This document shows positions 40,421-49,450 of a stretch of DNA of 50,030 bases, in pieces (positions within the stretch are counted from its first letter, which is position 1; the number at the start of each line of letters is the position of its first letter). The translations under genes and the position numbers were made by a program. Under the pieces are notes generated by a model. It did not search any database, was not told the origin of the DNA, and saw nothing but the letters and a program-made list of their open reading frames with translations. The DNA comes from Bifidobacterium breve (lineage in GTDB: Bacteria > Actinomycetota > Actinomycetes > S36-B12): positions 1 to 50,030 of the forward strand of contig CAMDKQ010000003.1 in NCBI GenBank assembly GCA_945901095.1, read 5' to 3'.

Positions 40421-41155
40421 ATGAGCATTGGCGGCGCCGACAGTTTGCGCACGCGCCGGCGGCACCTTCGGCCCTCGCGGGGCGATGGCTTTCGTCGAGG
40501 CGCTCGAGAGACAGCATTCATCATTGTTTCTGCTCTCATCCTGTCGGCACTCGTTCGGGCATTCCTTGTTCAGGCGTTCTACGTGCCGAGCGCCTCGATG
40601 GAGGACACGCTCATGGTGAGCGACCGCATCATCGCCTCGAAGATCTCGACACGGATCTCAGGGGTGTCTCGAGGCGAGGTCGTTGTCTTTCGTGATCCCG
40701 GCGACTGGCTGCCCGACCCTCCGCCCCCTGCCGATACCCTTCGCAGCAAAGCCAGATCCGCCCTCACATTCATCGGCCTGCTCCCAAGCGACACCGGCCA
40801 AGATCTTGTGAAGCGAGCCGTCGGCATCGCTGGGGATCGAGTGGCATGCTGCGATGCTCAAGGACGCATCGAGGTCAATGGCATAGGACTAGATGAGCCG
40901 TACATTAAGGGGCCAACCGACCAAGTGGCGTTCGACATCGTGGTGCCGCCCGAGTCGATGTTCGTGCTCGGTGACAACCGAGGCGATTCCCGCGACTCGC
41001 GCTACCACCTTGAAGTGAACAATGGAGCGATCCCGCTAGCGAACGCCGTTGGCCGGGTCGTCCTCGTCGTGTGGCCGTTCACGTCGTTCGGCACCTTGCC
41101 GATTCCCACCACATTTGGCTCGATCCCGGCGGCCCCGGGGCAAGGCGAGAAATAG
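40421..41155 (+). CDS. lepB: Signal peptidase I, copy 2
   Basis: VPSASMEDTL, LVKRAVG, LGDNRGDSRDSR. Confidence 0.93.
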   Translation: MSIGGADSLRTRRRHLRPSRGDGFRRGARETAFIIVSALILSALVRAFLVQAFYVPSASMEDTLMVSDRIIASKISTRISGVSRGEVVVFRDPGDWLPDPPPPADTLRSKARSALTFIGLLPSDTGQDLVKRAVGIAGDRVACCDAQGRIEVNGIGLDEPYIKGPTDQVAFDIVVPPESMFVLGDNRGDSRDSRYHLEVNNGAIPLANAVGRVVLVVWPFTSFGTLPIPTTFGSIPAAPGQGEK

Positions 41156-41158
41156 CAG

Positions 41159-41833
41159 GTGGGCGTGTCGAGCCCGTCCGGCGCCCCTACTCTCCGTCAC
41201 GAGCGTGCGATGCTGCGAGCGGGGATTACGGCGTTGGCCTGTGCCGACGAGGCTGGGAGGGGTGCGTTGTGTGGCCCGGTGAGTCTGGGTGTGGTGGTCG
41301 TGACTGCGTCGACCCCGGCCGCCCCCAGAGGCGTGCGGGACAGTAAGTTGCTATCCCCAGCGCAGCGACGAGAACTGATGCCAAGGATCCAAGCTTGGGC
41401 GCCTCATGCGGTAGGGATGGCCTCAGCACATGAGATCGATGAAATCGGGATCATGGCCGCCCTTCGACTGGCGGGTCAGCGGGCGCTAGCTGCCGTGCCC
41501 CTTGCGCCAGACCACGTCCTCCTCGATGGCAACCACGACTACATCTCCGAGCCCGAACAGCCAGCATTGTTTGGACAGCTGTCGCCGCTGTGTACGGTGC
41601 CGGCGGTGACCACGATGGTGAAGGCAGACGTGCGCTGCGCTGGCGTTGCGGCCGCCAGCATTCTCGCCAAGACGGCTCGGGACCTATTGCTGGTCGAGCT
41701 GCACGATCAGCACCCTGAGTACGGATGGGCTGATAACAAGGGGTACGGGGCTCCCGATCACCTTGAGGCATTGGCTCGACTGGGCCCCACCCCTCATCAT
41801 CGCGTGTCCTGGCGCCTACCGACACCTGGCTGA
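41159..41833 (+). CDS. rnhB: Ribonuclease HII
   Basis: [28 protein letters not shown]. Confidence 0.95.
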   Translation: MGVSSPSGAPTLRHERAMLRAGITALACADEAGRGALCGPVSLGVVVVTASTPAAPRGVRDSKLLSPAQRRELMPRIQAWAPHAVGMASAHEIDEIGIMAALRLAGQRALAAVPLAPDHVLLDGNHDYISEPEQPALFGQLSPLCTVPAVTTMVKADVRCAGVAAASILAKTARDLLLVELHDQHPEYGWADNKGYGAPDHLEALARLGPTPHHRVSWRLPTPG

Positions 41834-41849
41834 ACGGTATGGCCCTGAA

Positions 41850-43613
41850 TCAGGTGGGTGCGACGGTCATTGAAGCTATCCGTAGAAGGGCAGCGTTACC
41901 CGTGGGCTCTGCCTCCTGTAGCGGGACGAGCGCGAGTCGATCTGCGCGCTGCCGTATTTCCTCGATGGGACCGGCCTCTGACGCAGCTCGCATCCGCAGA
42001 AAGGTTGACGTCGGATGCGCGGCTGCCACCGATCCGTTGACCACCCAGGCCCACGGATGGATCCCGGCGCGCTCGAGGTCAGCCTGCAGGATGCTCGCCT
42101 CGAGCACCGGAGTCTGCTCGGGTAGCGTCACGAGGACGACCTTCGTCAGGGTTGGGTCCTGCAGCATCATCATGGGCGTCTTGAAGTCAATCGTCGCGCC
42201 CATCTGACGCACCATGTCGCGGTGGTAGGAGCCGGCCGCATCGATCAGGAGCAGCGTGTGGCCAGTCGGTGCAGTGTCGACGATGACGAAGTCCTTGCGA
42301 CCCTCCCGAATGACCGCTGAGAACTGCCGGAAGACCGCGACCTCCTCGGTACACGGTGAGAGCAGGTCCTCCGCGAGGTTCGCGCGGCCCGCATGGTCGA
42401 GGGTGGCACCCTTGGTCGCCATCACGTGGTCTCGGTACTCCTGAGTTGCCTGGAGAGGATCAATTCTGGTGACCCGAAGGTTGTCGATGCGACCGTCGAG
42501 GGTCTGCTCTAGGTGGGCTGCCGGGTCGGTGGTGGTCAGGTGGACCGGGTGGCCGCGTTCGGCCAGGGCGATGGCGATGGCGGCGGCGATGGTCGTCTTG
42601 CCGACCCCACCCTTGCCCATACACATCACTAGACCGTGTCCGTCAGCCTCGATTTCGTCGATCAGGTCGCAGAGCGGCCGATCCACGGCGTCGAGGTGAA
42701 CCGTTGAGAGTCCGTCACATGCGAGGGCGTCGGAACTCAGGAGGGCGCGGAGGGAAGCCAGCCCCATCACGTTCATCGGCTTCAGGTCCAGCAGGTCTAA
42801 TGGAAGGGCTGCCAGTGATGGCGGCAGGAAATCCAGGGTCTGCTGTTCGCGGAGCCGGACGGCGGCGGCAAGCGGCTCGTCGGTCACGTTCTCGGGAAGG
42901 ACAGCGTTGATCACGACGTTGCTGGCGTGGATGCCGATGAGGTCAAGCTCGGCTTTCGTTCGGGCGATCTCGTTCACGGCACCAGCCTGGGCCCGCGCCA
43001 CGAGGACCAATCGGGTCCACTGGGGGTCCTGGAGTGCAGCCACGGCGCTGGCGTACGTTGTGCGCTGCTTGTCCAGACCCGCGAGTGGGCCGAGACACGA
43101 TGCGTCGCCCTTGCCGGCGTCGAGGAACTCGCTCCAGTCCCCGGGCAACTGGAGCAGCCGGATCGTGTGCCCGGTGGGTGCCGTGTCGAACACGACCTGG
43201 TCGTACCCGCGGACCAGGCTCTCATCGGTGAGCAATGCCGTGAACTCGTCGAACGAGGCCACCTCGGTAGTGCAGGATCCCGATAACTGCTCGGTGATGG
43301 ATGCGATCTCGCGTTCTGGCAGGAGACCACGCACTGGGCCAATGATGCGCTCGCGGTACGCCTTCGCTGCGGCCTCCGGGTCAATTTCTAGGGCCGACAG
43401 CCCAGGGAGATCGGGGATAGCAGTGATGGTGTGGCCGATCTGGCAGCCGAACACCTGTCCCACGTTGGATGCGGGATCGGTGCTCACCAGAAGGACCCTC
43501 TTGCCCTGGTCGGCCAGATGCACGGCGGTCGCGCACGCGATCGAGGTCTTGCCGACCCCACCCTTGCCGGTGAAGAACAGGAACCGGGGCGGGTCCGTCA
43601 GGAACCGGTACAT
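41850..43613 (-). CDS. arsA: Arsenical pump-driving ATPase
   Basis: Two GKGGVGKT P-loops, two DTAPTGHT motifs, metalloid Cys in SGSCTTE, ASCLGP and SPCTEE. Confidence 0.96.
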   Translation of the reverse strand: MYRFLTDPPRFLFFTGKGGVGKTSIACATAVHLADQGKRVLLVSTDPASNVGQVFGCQIGHTITAIPDLPGLSALEIDPEAAAKAYRERIIGPVRGLLPEREIASITEQLSGSCTTEVASFDEFTALLTDESLVRGYDQVVFDTAPTGHTIRLLQLPGDWSEFLDAGKGDASCLGPLAGLDKQRTTYASAVAALQDPQWTRLVLVARAQAGAVNEIARTKAELDLIGIHASNVVINAVLPENVTDEPLAAAVRLREQQTLDFLPPSLAALPLDLLDLKPMNVMGLASLRALLSSDALACDGLSTVHLDAVDRPLCDLIDEIEADGHGLVMCMGKGGVGKTTIAAAIAIALAERGHPVHLTTTDPAAHLEQTLDGRIDNLRVTRIDPLQATQEYRDHVMATKGATLDHAGRANLAEDLLSPCTEEVAVFRQFSAVIREGRKDFVIVDTAPTGHTLLLIDAAGSYHRDMVRQMGATIDFKTPMMMLQDPTLTKVVLVTLPEQTPVLEASILQADLERAGIHPWAWVVNGSVAAAHPTSTFLRMRAASEAGPIEEIRQRADRLALVPLQEAEPTGNAALLRIASMTVAPT

Positions 43614-43614
43614 G

Positions 43615-44013
43615 TCAGCAGCAGCCGGATGGGCCGCAGGCGGAGTCGGCATCGGATGTCTCGTCCGCGACCTGCAGCAGGGTGGCGCCGACGGGCACCG
43701 GCACTTCCGTCTGAAGGCCTGCGAAGCGGGCCAGTTGGTCGCGGCGGGGGTAGGCGCCGGTCATCACCGTGACGCCATCCACAGTGGTGAGGGGCAAGCC
43801 CTCGGAGCCGGCGACATTCAGGAAGGCCCGGACACTTTCATTGCTGGCGAATGCCATGGGGTCGTTGGCGAGGTTGTGACGGGTGATGTCGGCCCCCTGA
43901 TCGGCCAGGGCGGTGAGGTCGGCCGTGAACGTTACGAGCGACTGGTCGACATCCTCTCCGCAAACGCCGGTGTTACAGCAGAGGGCGGGCTCGTAGACGC
44001 GGACGACGGGCAT
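43615..44013 (-). CDS. arsD: Arsenite metallochaperone ArsD (frame stays open upstream to 44178)
   Basis: VYEPALCCNTGVCG, RHNLA, GLPLT, terminal CGPSGCC; RBS AAGGAG. Confidence 0.93.
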   Translation of the reverse strand: MPVVRVYEPALCCNTGVCGEDVDQSLVTFTADLTALADQGADITRHNLANDPMAFASNESVRAFLNVAGSEGLPLTTVDGVTVMTGAYPRRDQLARFAGLQTEVPVPVGATLLQVADETSDADSACGPSGCC

Positions 44014-44178
44014 GTGGGTCTCCTTGGGTGCGGTGGTTCGTGGCTTGGTGGCGCGGAGGTCGAGGCCCACAGGGATCTGGGCGGAGTCGAGCGGACTGCA
44101 GCACGAGGCTGACGTCGTGGCAGCGGCGTACCGCTCGCGGACGGCCGTGCGGATGTCGGTGTCGTCGTGGATCGTCAT
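44014..44178 (-). pseudogene. Probable 5' remnant of arsenite methyltransferase, in frame with arsD
   Basis: MTIHDDTDIRTAVRERYAAATTSASCC resembles ArsM N-termini; ATG overlaps the arsR stop (ATGA). Confidence 0.5.
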
Positions 44179-44501
44179 GGTCGGCCCTTCGGTGCACAGG
44201 AGGGTGTCGCGAGGTCGGATAGCAGCGCGATCGGCTCGGCGATCGCGTCGCAGCAGAGCGAGTAGACGTTGCTCCGGCCGACGGCGGTGGAGGTGACCAA
44301 CCCGGTCTCACGCAAGGTCTTGAGGTGATGGCTAACCAAGGGCTGCGACATTCCCGAGACCTCGGCCAGTTCGGTGACCGTAGAGTCCTTGTCGGCGATG
44401 GCCAGGAGCAGCGCGAGACGGTTCTCGTCAGACAGTGCCTTGAGGATGGGGGCGATTTCCCGGGCACGATGCGCCGGGGACGCCACTGCACGGGTTGCCA
44501 T
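44175..44501 (-). CDS. arsR: ArsR/SmtB-family repressor
   Basis: LKALSDENRL, SQPLVSHHLKTLRETGLV, YSLCC. Confidence 0.9.
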   Translation of the reverse strand: MATRAVASPAHRAREIAPILKALSDENRLALLLAIADKDSTVTELAEVSGMSQPLVSHHLKTLRETGLVTSTAVGRSNVYSLCCDAIAEPIALLSDLATPSCAPKGRP

Positions 44502-44507
44502 GCAGTG

Positions 44508-44537
44508 ACCATATGAATAAATAGATGTTTATGTCAA
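44508..44537 (-). promoter_or_regulatory. Leaderless promoter of arsR with AT-rich imperfect operator
   Basis: Minus strand TTGACA-n18-TATGGT-n6-ATG; spacer holds imperfect inverted repeat CATAAACAT..ATTCATATG. Confidence 0.65.
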
Positions 44538-44626
44538 CAGTGTCGGTTTATGCAGATGTCAGTGACCGGACAACGGAAGCGCTTCGCATCCCGTGCGGAC
44601 ATGACATCGCTTACTGGACGAACTCC

Positions 44627-45037
44627 TCAGATCTCAGCGGGCAGGAGCTCGCTGATGAGCACCTCAACGCGACGCCGAATCTCGTCGCGAATGGGGCGTA
44701 CGGAGTCGACGCCCTGGCCGGCTGGGTCGTCTAGGACCCAGTCCTCGTATCGCTTGCCCGGGTAGTACTTGCACGTGTCGCCGCACCCCATCGTGATGAC
44801 GACGTCTGAGTCTTGGACGGCCGCGTCGGTGAGGATCTTGGGCTGCTCGGCGCTCATGTCGATGCCCTCTTCGAGCATTGCGGCGACGGCTGCGGGGTTG
44901 ACCTGGTCGGCGGGAACTGATCCTGCGGAGCGCACATCGATGCGGCCCTGGCCAAGGTGCTGGAGGTAGGCGGCTGCCATCTGCGAGCGGCCAGCGTTGT
45001 GGATGCAGACGAACAGCACGGAGGGCTTCTCGGTCAT
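44627..45037 (-). CDS. arsC: Arsenate reductase, LMW-PTP fold
   Basis: LFVCIHNAGRSQMA, MGCGDTC, DDPAG. Confidence 0.92.
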   Translation of the reverse strand: MTEKPSVLFVCIHNAGRSQMAAAYLQHLGQGRIDVRSAGSVPADQVNPAAVAAMLEEGIDMSAEQPKILTDAAVQDSDVVITMGCGDTCKYYPGKRYEDWVLDDPAGQGVDSVRPIRDEIRRRVEVLISELLPAEI

Positions 45038-45062
45038 TGGGGGCCTCTTTCTCGTGGGGCGG

Positions 45063-45784
45063 TCATGGGTTATGCGGTCCGTGGTGGATGGGTCCGGGCA
45101 GGTCGAGCGGCTCGGGGATGACTCCGCGTCTTGGGTAGAAGAATTCGGTGAGTAGGGCGCCGATCGTTGCCCCGATGATCTGGAAGACGATGAACATGGG
45201 GACGGATGCAGGAGCGATACCCGCGAAGGTGTCGGTCAGGGATCGGCCGATGGTGACGGCGGGGTTGGCGAACGATGTCGAGGAGGTGAAGAAGTAGGCG
45301 GCGCCGATCCACGCCGGCACCAATACCGGCCCGAGGTTGCCGTGGCCAGTGCGCGTGAGGGCGCCGATGATCAACAGGAGTCCGGCGGTGGCCACCACTT
45401 CGCCGAGCCAGATGTTCCCGCCTGTCCGCAGATGCGTGGACGCGGTGATCGGGGGAGTGCGAACATGAGGTTCGCCAGAATGGCTCCCGTGCAGGCGCCG
45501 GCAATCTGTGCGGCGATGTAGAGGAATCCTTCGCCCAACGGCATTTCACGACGCACCATTTCGACGCCTGAAACGACTGGGTTGAATTGCGCCCCGGAGA
45601 TGGGGCCGATGGCCCAGATGAGGACACCGAGTGCGGCGACTGTCGCAAGCGCGTTTATGAGCAGGGTGACAGCGAGGTTGTCGCTGAGCAGGGTGCCCAT
45701 GATTCCCGAGCCCACGACCGTCGCTACGAGCAAGCAGGTGCCGAGAAACTCGCCACTCGCGCGGCGCAGGAGGGTGTGAGCCAT
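45063..45784 (-). pseudogene. Arsenic-associated aquaporin (MIP family), single frameshift
   Basis: EFLGT, VVGSGIM and FNPV in one frame; FTSSTSFANPAVT in another; one extra base in the G5 run at 45451-45455 joins them. Confidence 0.85.
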
Positions 45785-45803
45785 CGATTGTCTCCCGTTT
45801 CAC

Positions 45804-45840
45804 TTGACAAGCCCTCATTGTTCAGTCATGGTTGACTCAA
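45804..45840 (+). promoter_or_regulatory. Leaderless promoter and operator of the ArsR-ArsC fusion gene
   Basis: TTGACA-n17-CATGGT then ATG 45840; inverted repeat TTCAGTCA-TGGT-TGACTCAA (45821-45840) covers the -10. Confidence 0.6.
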
Positions 45841-46571
45841 TGAACGTTGACTCGAATCCTACCGCATGGGTGGAGCGCCGTGAGCGCCGGGCCCGGGCGT
45901 TGGCAGCCTTGGGTGATCCGACCCGCCTCGGTGCCATGGACCTGCTTGCAGTCCAGGATTTGTCCCCTGACGCCTTGTCCGCCGCGCTCGAGGTGCCGGG
46001 AAATCTGTTGGCTCACCACCTCAAGGTGCTGGAGACAGCCGGCCTCGTCCGGCGCGTGCAGTCCAAGAACGACAGGCGTCGCACCTACGTCCACGCCGTA
46101 GCGGATGGCATGGCCGGTCTTCTCCCAGAACCAGGGTTCCTTGAGGCCCCTCGCGTGCTGTTCGTGTGCACCCACAATTCCGCACGGTCCGTTCTGGCAG
46201 AAGCACTTTGGCGCGAAGCAAGCGACGTCCCTAGTGCCTCGGCCGGCACGCACCCCGCGGGCAGGATCAACCCAGGAGCCCTCCAGGCGGCCAGCCGCCT
46301 CGGCCTGCGCCTCGAGGAGCGTCCCCCGCAGCGCATCGTGGACGTTCTTCGCACGGACGACGTGGTTGTGTCGGTCTGCGATGCCGTCAACGAGGAGCTC
46401 ACTGCTTTGGGCAACATCCGGATGCACTGGTCCATCCCCGACCCGGCTGCAACTGGCACCCCCGTGGCATTCGACGCAGTCGTTGAGGAACTGCGCGAAC
46501 GGGTCAGTCAACTGGCTCCACGCGTGCGTTATCGCCGAAGCAGAATCTCATCCAGAAGGGCAAGCCGATGA
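45840..46571 (+). CDS. ArsR-family HTH fused to LMW-PTP/ArsC domain
   Basis: AALGDPTRL and NLLAHHLKVL, followed by LFVCTHNSARS and HWSIPDP. Confidence 0.88.
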   Translation: MNVDSNPTAWVERRERRARALAALGDPTRLGAMDLLAVQDLSPDALSAALEVPGNLLAHHLKVLETAGLVRRVQSKNDRRRTYVHAVADGMAGLLPEPGFLEAPRVLFVCTHNSARSVLAEALWREASDVPSASAGTHPAGRINPGALQAASRLGLRLEERPPQRIVDVLRTDDVVVSVCDAVNEELTALGNIRMHWSIPDPAATGTPVAFDAVVEELRERVSQLAPRVRYRRSRISSRRASR

Positions 46572-47218
46572 CCTCCAGCCACTACCGCGACGACATTCCC
46601 GAACTCCATGCGAGCACCCTGCGCTCGTCCTCCCTCGTACTCCAGAAGAACTTCGACGGCGTCTTCAGCGCCGAAACCATCGAGGGCTTCCTGCTCACCT
46701 CGTACGACGAGTTCGCGGGGCGACTGAACAACGTCACGTACCTCCCGATGTTCGCCGAAAGGTTCGCCCGTGAACGACTCACGGCGCTTGCTCGGGTCGA
46801 GGGCAAGAGCGACGACCAGCGTCCCGTGGTGCTGTTCCTGTGCACTCACAATGCCGGTCGATCCCAGATGGCCCTCGGCTTCTTCAAAGAACTTGCGGGG
46901 GACAATGCCATCGCCTGGTCCGGAGGATCAGAGCCCGGCAACGCCGTGAACCCCGCTGCTGTGGCGGCGATGGCAGAGGTTGGAATAGACATCTCCAACG
47001 AATTCCCGAAGCCCTGGACAGATGAGATTGTGCGCGCCGCCGACGTCGTCATCACCATGGGTTGTGGCGACGTCTGCCCGATCTTCCCCGGCAAGCGTTA
47101 CGAGGACTGGCAGGTCTCGGACCCCGCAGGCCACAGCGTCGACGATGTCCGGCCCATCCGTGACGACATCAACCGCCGCGTGGTTGAGCTTCTCAACGTA
47201 CTGAATGTCGCCGTCTAG
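46568..47218 (+). CDS. arsC: Arsenate reductase with N-terminal helical extension
   Basis: FAERFARERL extension, LFLCTHNAGRSQMA, MGCGDVCP. Confidence 0.9.
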   Translation: MTSSHYRDDIPELHASTLRSSSLVLQKNFDGVFSAETIEGFLLTSYDEFAGRLNNVTYLPMFAERFARERLTALARVEGKSDDQRPVVLFLCTHNAGRSQMALGFFKELAGDNAIAWSGGSEPGNAVNPAAVAAMAEVGIDISNEFPKPWTDEIVRAADVVITMGCGDVCPIFPGKRYEDWQVSDPAGHSVDDVRPIRDDINRRVVELLNVLNVAV

Positions 47219-47344
47219 AGGCTGTCGCGGATCGGGCGCTCGACCGGATCCTCTCGGCCTGCACGCCGGTCGCTGAGCGGGCGGAGTTCATCGAACTCGC
47301 GCAGAGCCGGTGCCCTGGCCACGACAGGAGCCCGGGACAACCCA

Positions 47345-47364
47345 TGAAGATTTGATGAAGGTCG
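47345..47364 (+). promoter_or_regulatory. CopR-like direct-repeat box
   Basis: TGAAGATTT-GA-TGAAGGTCG upstream of the response regulator. Confidence 0.55.
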
Positions 47365-47434
47365 AGCGGGAGTACTGTGCGCAGGATCGCCTTCGTGCCG
47401 TAATGAGCGTTTGTTTGTGGCGCCCTGGTAGGCG

Positions 47435-48154
47435 ATGGCTGCGGGAGGTGTCGAGGTGATAGCTGGGCTGCGCGTCCTCGTCGTGGATGACGAGGTCCCG
47501 CTCACCGGAGTGGTGAGCAGCTACCTGGTGCGTGAGGGCTTTGACGTTTCTGTCGCCCACTCGGGGCCAGACGCAGTTGAGTCGGCCCGCGAACTCGCAC
47601 CCGTCCTCATCCTGCTCGACATCATGCTCCCCGGGTTCGACGGCATTGAGGCCTGTCGCCGGATTCGGCAGTTCTCAGATGCTTACATCATCATGCTTAC
47701 GGCCCGCGATGAGGAGGTCGACAAGGTCCTCGGGCTGTCAATGGGGGCAGACGATTACCTCGTGAAGCCGTTCTCCCCGAGGGAGCTCATCGCACGAGTC
47801 CGGGCCATGCTGCGCCGGCCGCGCGTCTCCTCGACGGACGATCGCTCTGCCGTGCAGATCGAGGTGGGTGGGCTCTGCCTCGACGCTGAGGCGCGAACCC
47901 TGCACGTCGACGGCAGCCTCATCGAGGTGACGAGGACTGAGTTCGACCTGCTGGTCGCAATGGCATCGCGACGCCGTGCGGCGCTGACGAGAAGGCAGCT
48001 TATTGAGGCTGTGTGGGGCCCAGGATGGTTCGGGGACGAGCACGTTGTCGACGTGCACATCGGGCACCTGCGAATGAAACTCGGCGACGATGCGTCCGAG
48101 CCGAGGTTTATCCGCACCGTCCGCGGAGTGGGCTACGGGATGGGGCCGGGATGA
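47435..48154 (+). CDS. OmpR-family response regulator
   Basis: VLVVDDE, LLDIMLP, GADDYLVKPFSPREL, VDVHIGHLR, TVRGVGY. Confidence 0.95.
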   Translation: MAAGGVEVIAGLRVLVVDDEVPLTGVVSSYLVREGFDVSVAHSGPDAVESARELAPVLILLDIMLPGFDGIEACRRIRQFSDAYIIMLTARDEEVDKVLGLSMGADDYLVKPFSPRELIARVRAMLRRPRVSSTDDRSAVQIEVGGLCLDAEARTLHVDGSLIEVTRTEFDLLVAMASRRRAALTRRQLIEAVWGPGWFGDEHVVDVHIGHLRMKLGDDASEPRFIRTVRGVGYGMGPG

Positions 48155-49281
48155 GTCGGCGAATGACGACGCGACAAACGATGACGCGGCGGTCACCGAG
48201 GCTCGCTACCAAGCTCATGATCGCCCAAGCGGTCGTGGTGAGCGTCGGCGCATTCACCCTCGTGGTAGCTGCGGCGCTGGTGGCGCCAAGTCTCTTCCAC
48301 GAGCACCTGATGCAGGGGGGAGTTCAGGATCCGGAGGTCAATATGCACGCTGAAGAGGCGTTCGCATCGTCCCTCGGCATCGCGGCCGCGATAGCGGCTG
48401 TCGCCTCCCTCATTGCCGCCGGGCTCGTCTCGTGGTTCATTGTGCGACGCGTTGCGCGCCCGGTGGAGGAACTCGCCCAATCAGCGGAGGCAGTCGCCGC
48501 CGGTCATTACGAGGTGACCGTCCCCTCGGTCACGTTCAGCGCAGAATTCGTCCAGCTTTCCGGCTCATTCGCCCACATGTCTCAGCGGCTCGCGGAGACC
48601 GAGACCACGAGGACCCGGCTGTTCGCGGACCTCGCGCATGAGCTTCGTACGCCGTTGGCCACGCTCGAGGCCTATATCGACGGGATGGAGGACGAGGTTC
48701 TCGCCCACGATGCGGCATCCTGGGCGACGATGCGAGATCAGGTCGACCGGCTTCGCCGACTCGCGACCGACCTGCGCGAGGTTGCTGCCGCCGAGGAGCA
48801 TGCACTCGGACTGACGCTGAGCCGGCTCGACGGGCGCGGCGTGGCGGAGGCCGCACTGTCCGCGGTCATGCCTCGGTTCCAGGCCAAGGGAGTGGCGCTC
48901 AGCCTTGTCGCATGCCCCGAACCTGCGTGGATCCTTGGTGACGACATCAGGCTCCAGCAGGTTCTCGCGAACCTCCTGGACAATGCGCTTCGGCACACGC
49001 CGCCCGGGGGCGTGGTTGACGTCGCCGCGCTCGTGGCGGGTGAATGCTTCGAGATCCGCGTGCGTGATTCGGGGGAGGGGATCCCGGCTGACCAGCTGAC
49101 CTCGGTGTTCGAGCGATTCCATCGCGTCGATCCATCCCGAATGAGCGGCGATGGCGGTGGCAGTGGTCTGGGTCTGACGATCGCCCGCGCCGTCGTGAGT
49201 GACCACGGGGGCTCGCTGACCGCGGCGAGTAACGGAACGGGGCGGGGAGCCCTGCTGACGGTCAGCATTCCCACCGTCTGA
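48151..49281 (+). CDS. Sensor histidine kinase (HAMP, HisKA, HATPase; CopS/BaeS-like)
   Basis: Two TM segments around a His/Met loop (FHEHLM, MHAEEAF), HELRTPL, NLLDNALRH, GSGLGL. Confidence 0.93.
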   Translation: MSRRMTTRQTMTRRSPRLATKLMIAQAVVVSVGAFTLVVAAALVAPSLFHEHLMQGGVQDPEVNMHAEEAFASSLGIAAAIAAVASLIAAGLVSWFIVRRVARPVEELAQSAEAVAAGHYEVTVPSVTFSAEFVQLSGSFAHMSQRLAETETTRTRLFADLAHELRTPLATLEAYIDGMEDEVLAHDAASWATMRDQVDRLRRLATDLREVAAAEEHALGLTLSRLDGRGVAEAALSAVMPRFQAKGVALSLVACPEPAWILGDDIRLQQVLANLLDNALRHTPPGGVVDVAALVAGECFEIRVRDSGEGIPADQLTSVFERFHRVDPSRMSGDGGGSGLGLTIARAVVSDHGGSLTAASNGTGRGALLTVSIPTV

Positions 49282-49295
49282 CTCGGTCGGGCGCG

Positions 49296-49360
49296 CGCGT
49301 CCGTAGGGGAACGCGTCCGTAGGGGAACGCGTCCGTAGGGGAACGCGTTATCCCCACGGA
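49296..49360. repeat. 16-bp tandem repeat, 3 copies plus partial, followed by an inverted partial copy
   Basis: CGCGTCCGTAGGGGAA at 49296, 49312 and 49328; TCCCCACGGA at 49351-49360. Confidence 0.92.
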
Positions 49361-49450
49361 ACTTCCGGACGGGCGGCATCCACAGGGTCGCAAGTCGAGG
49401 TGGCCTAGGTCAGCGTGGAGGCGGGAGGTTGTACCGCAGGGGGTGAGGAC

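Noticed and set aside
39733-41155. Tandem signal peptidase genes as an unusual duplication
   Set aside because: Multiple lepB copies after rplS are known in actinomycetes.
42907-44112. 401-aa plus-strand ORF in the ars cluster
   Set aside because: Antisense to well-supported arsA and arsD; no family motifs.
47219-47340. Possible gene remnant between arsC and the response regulator
   Set aside because: Short protein-like frame (ADRALDRILSAC...) with no start or recognisable family; cannot be supported.
49296-49348. CRISPR array or replication iterons
   Set aside because: 16-bp contiguous units, no spacers, no rep or cas gene.
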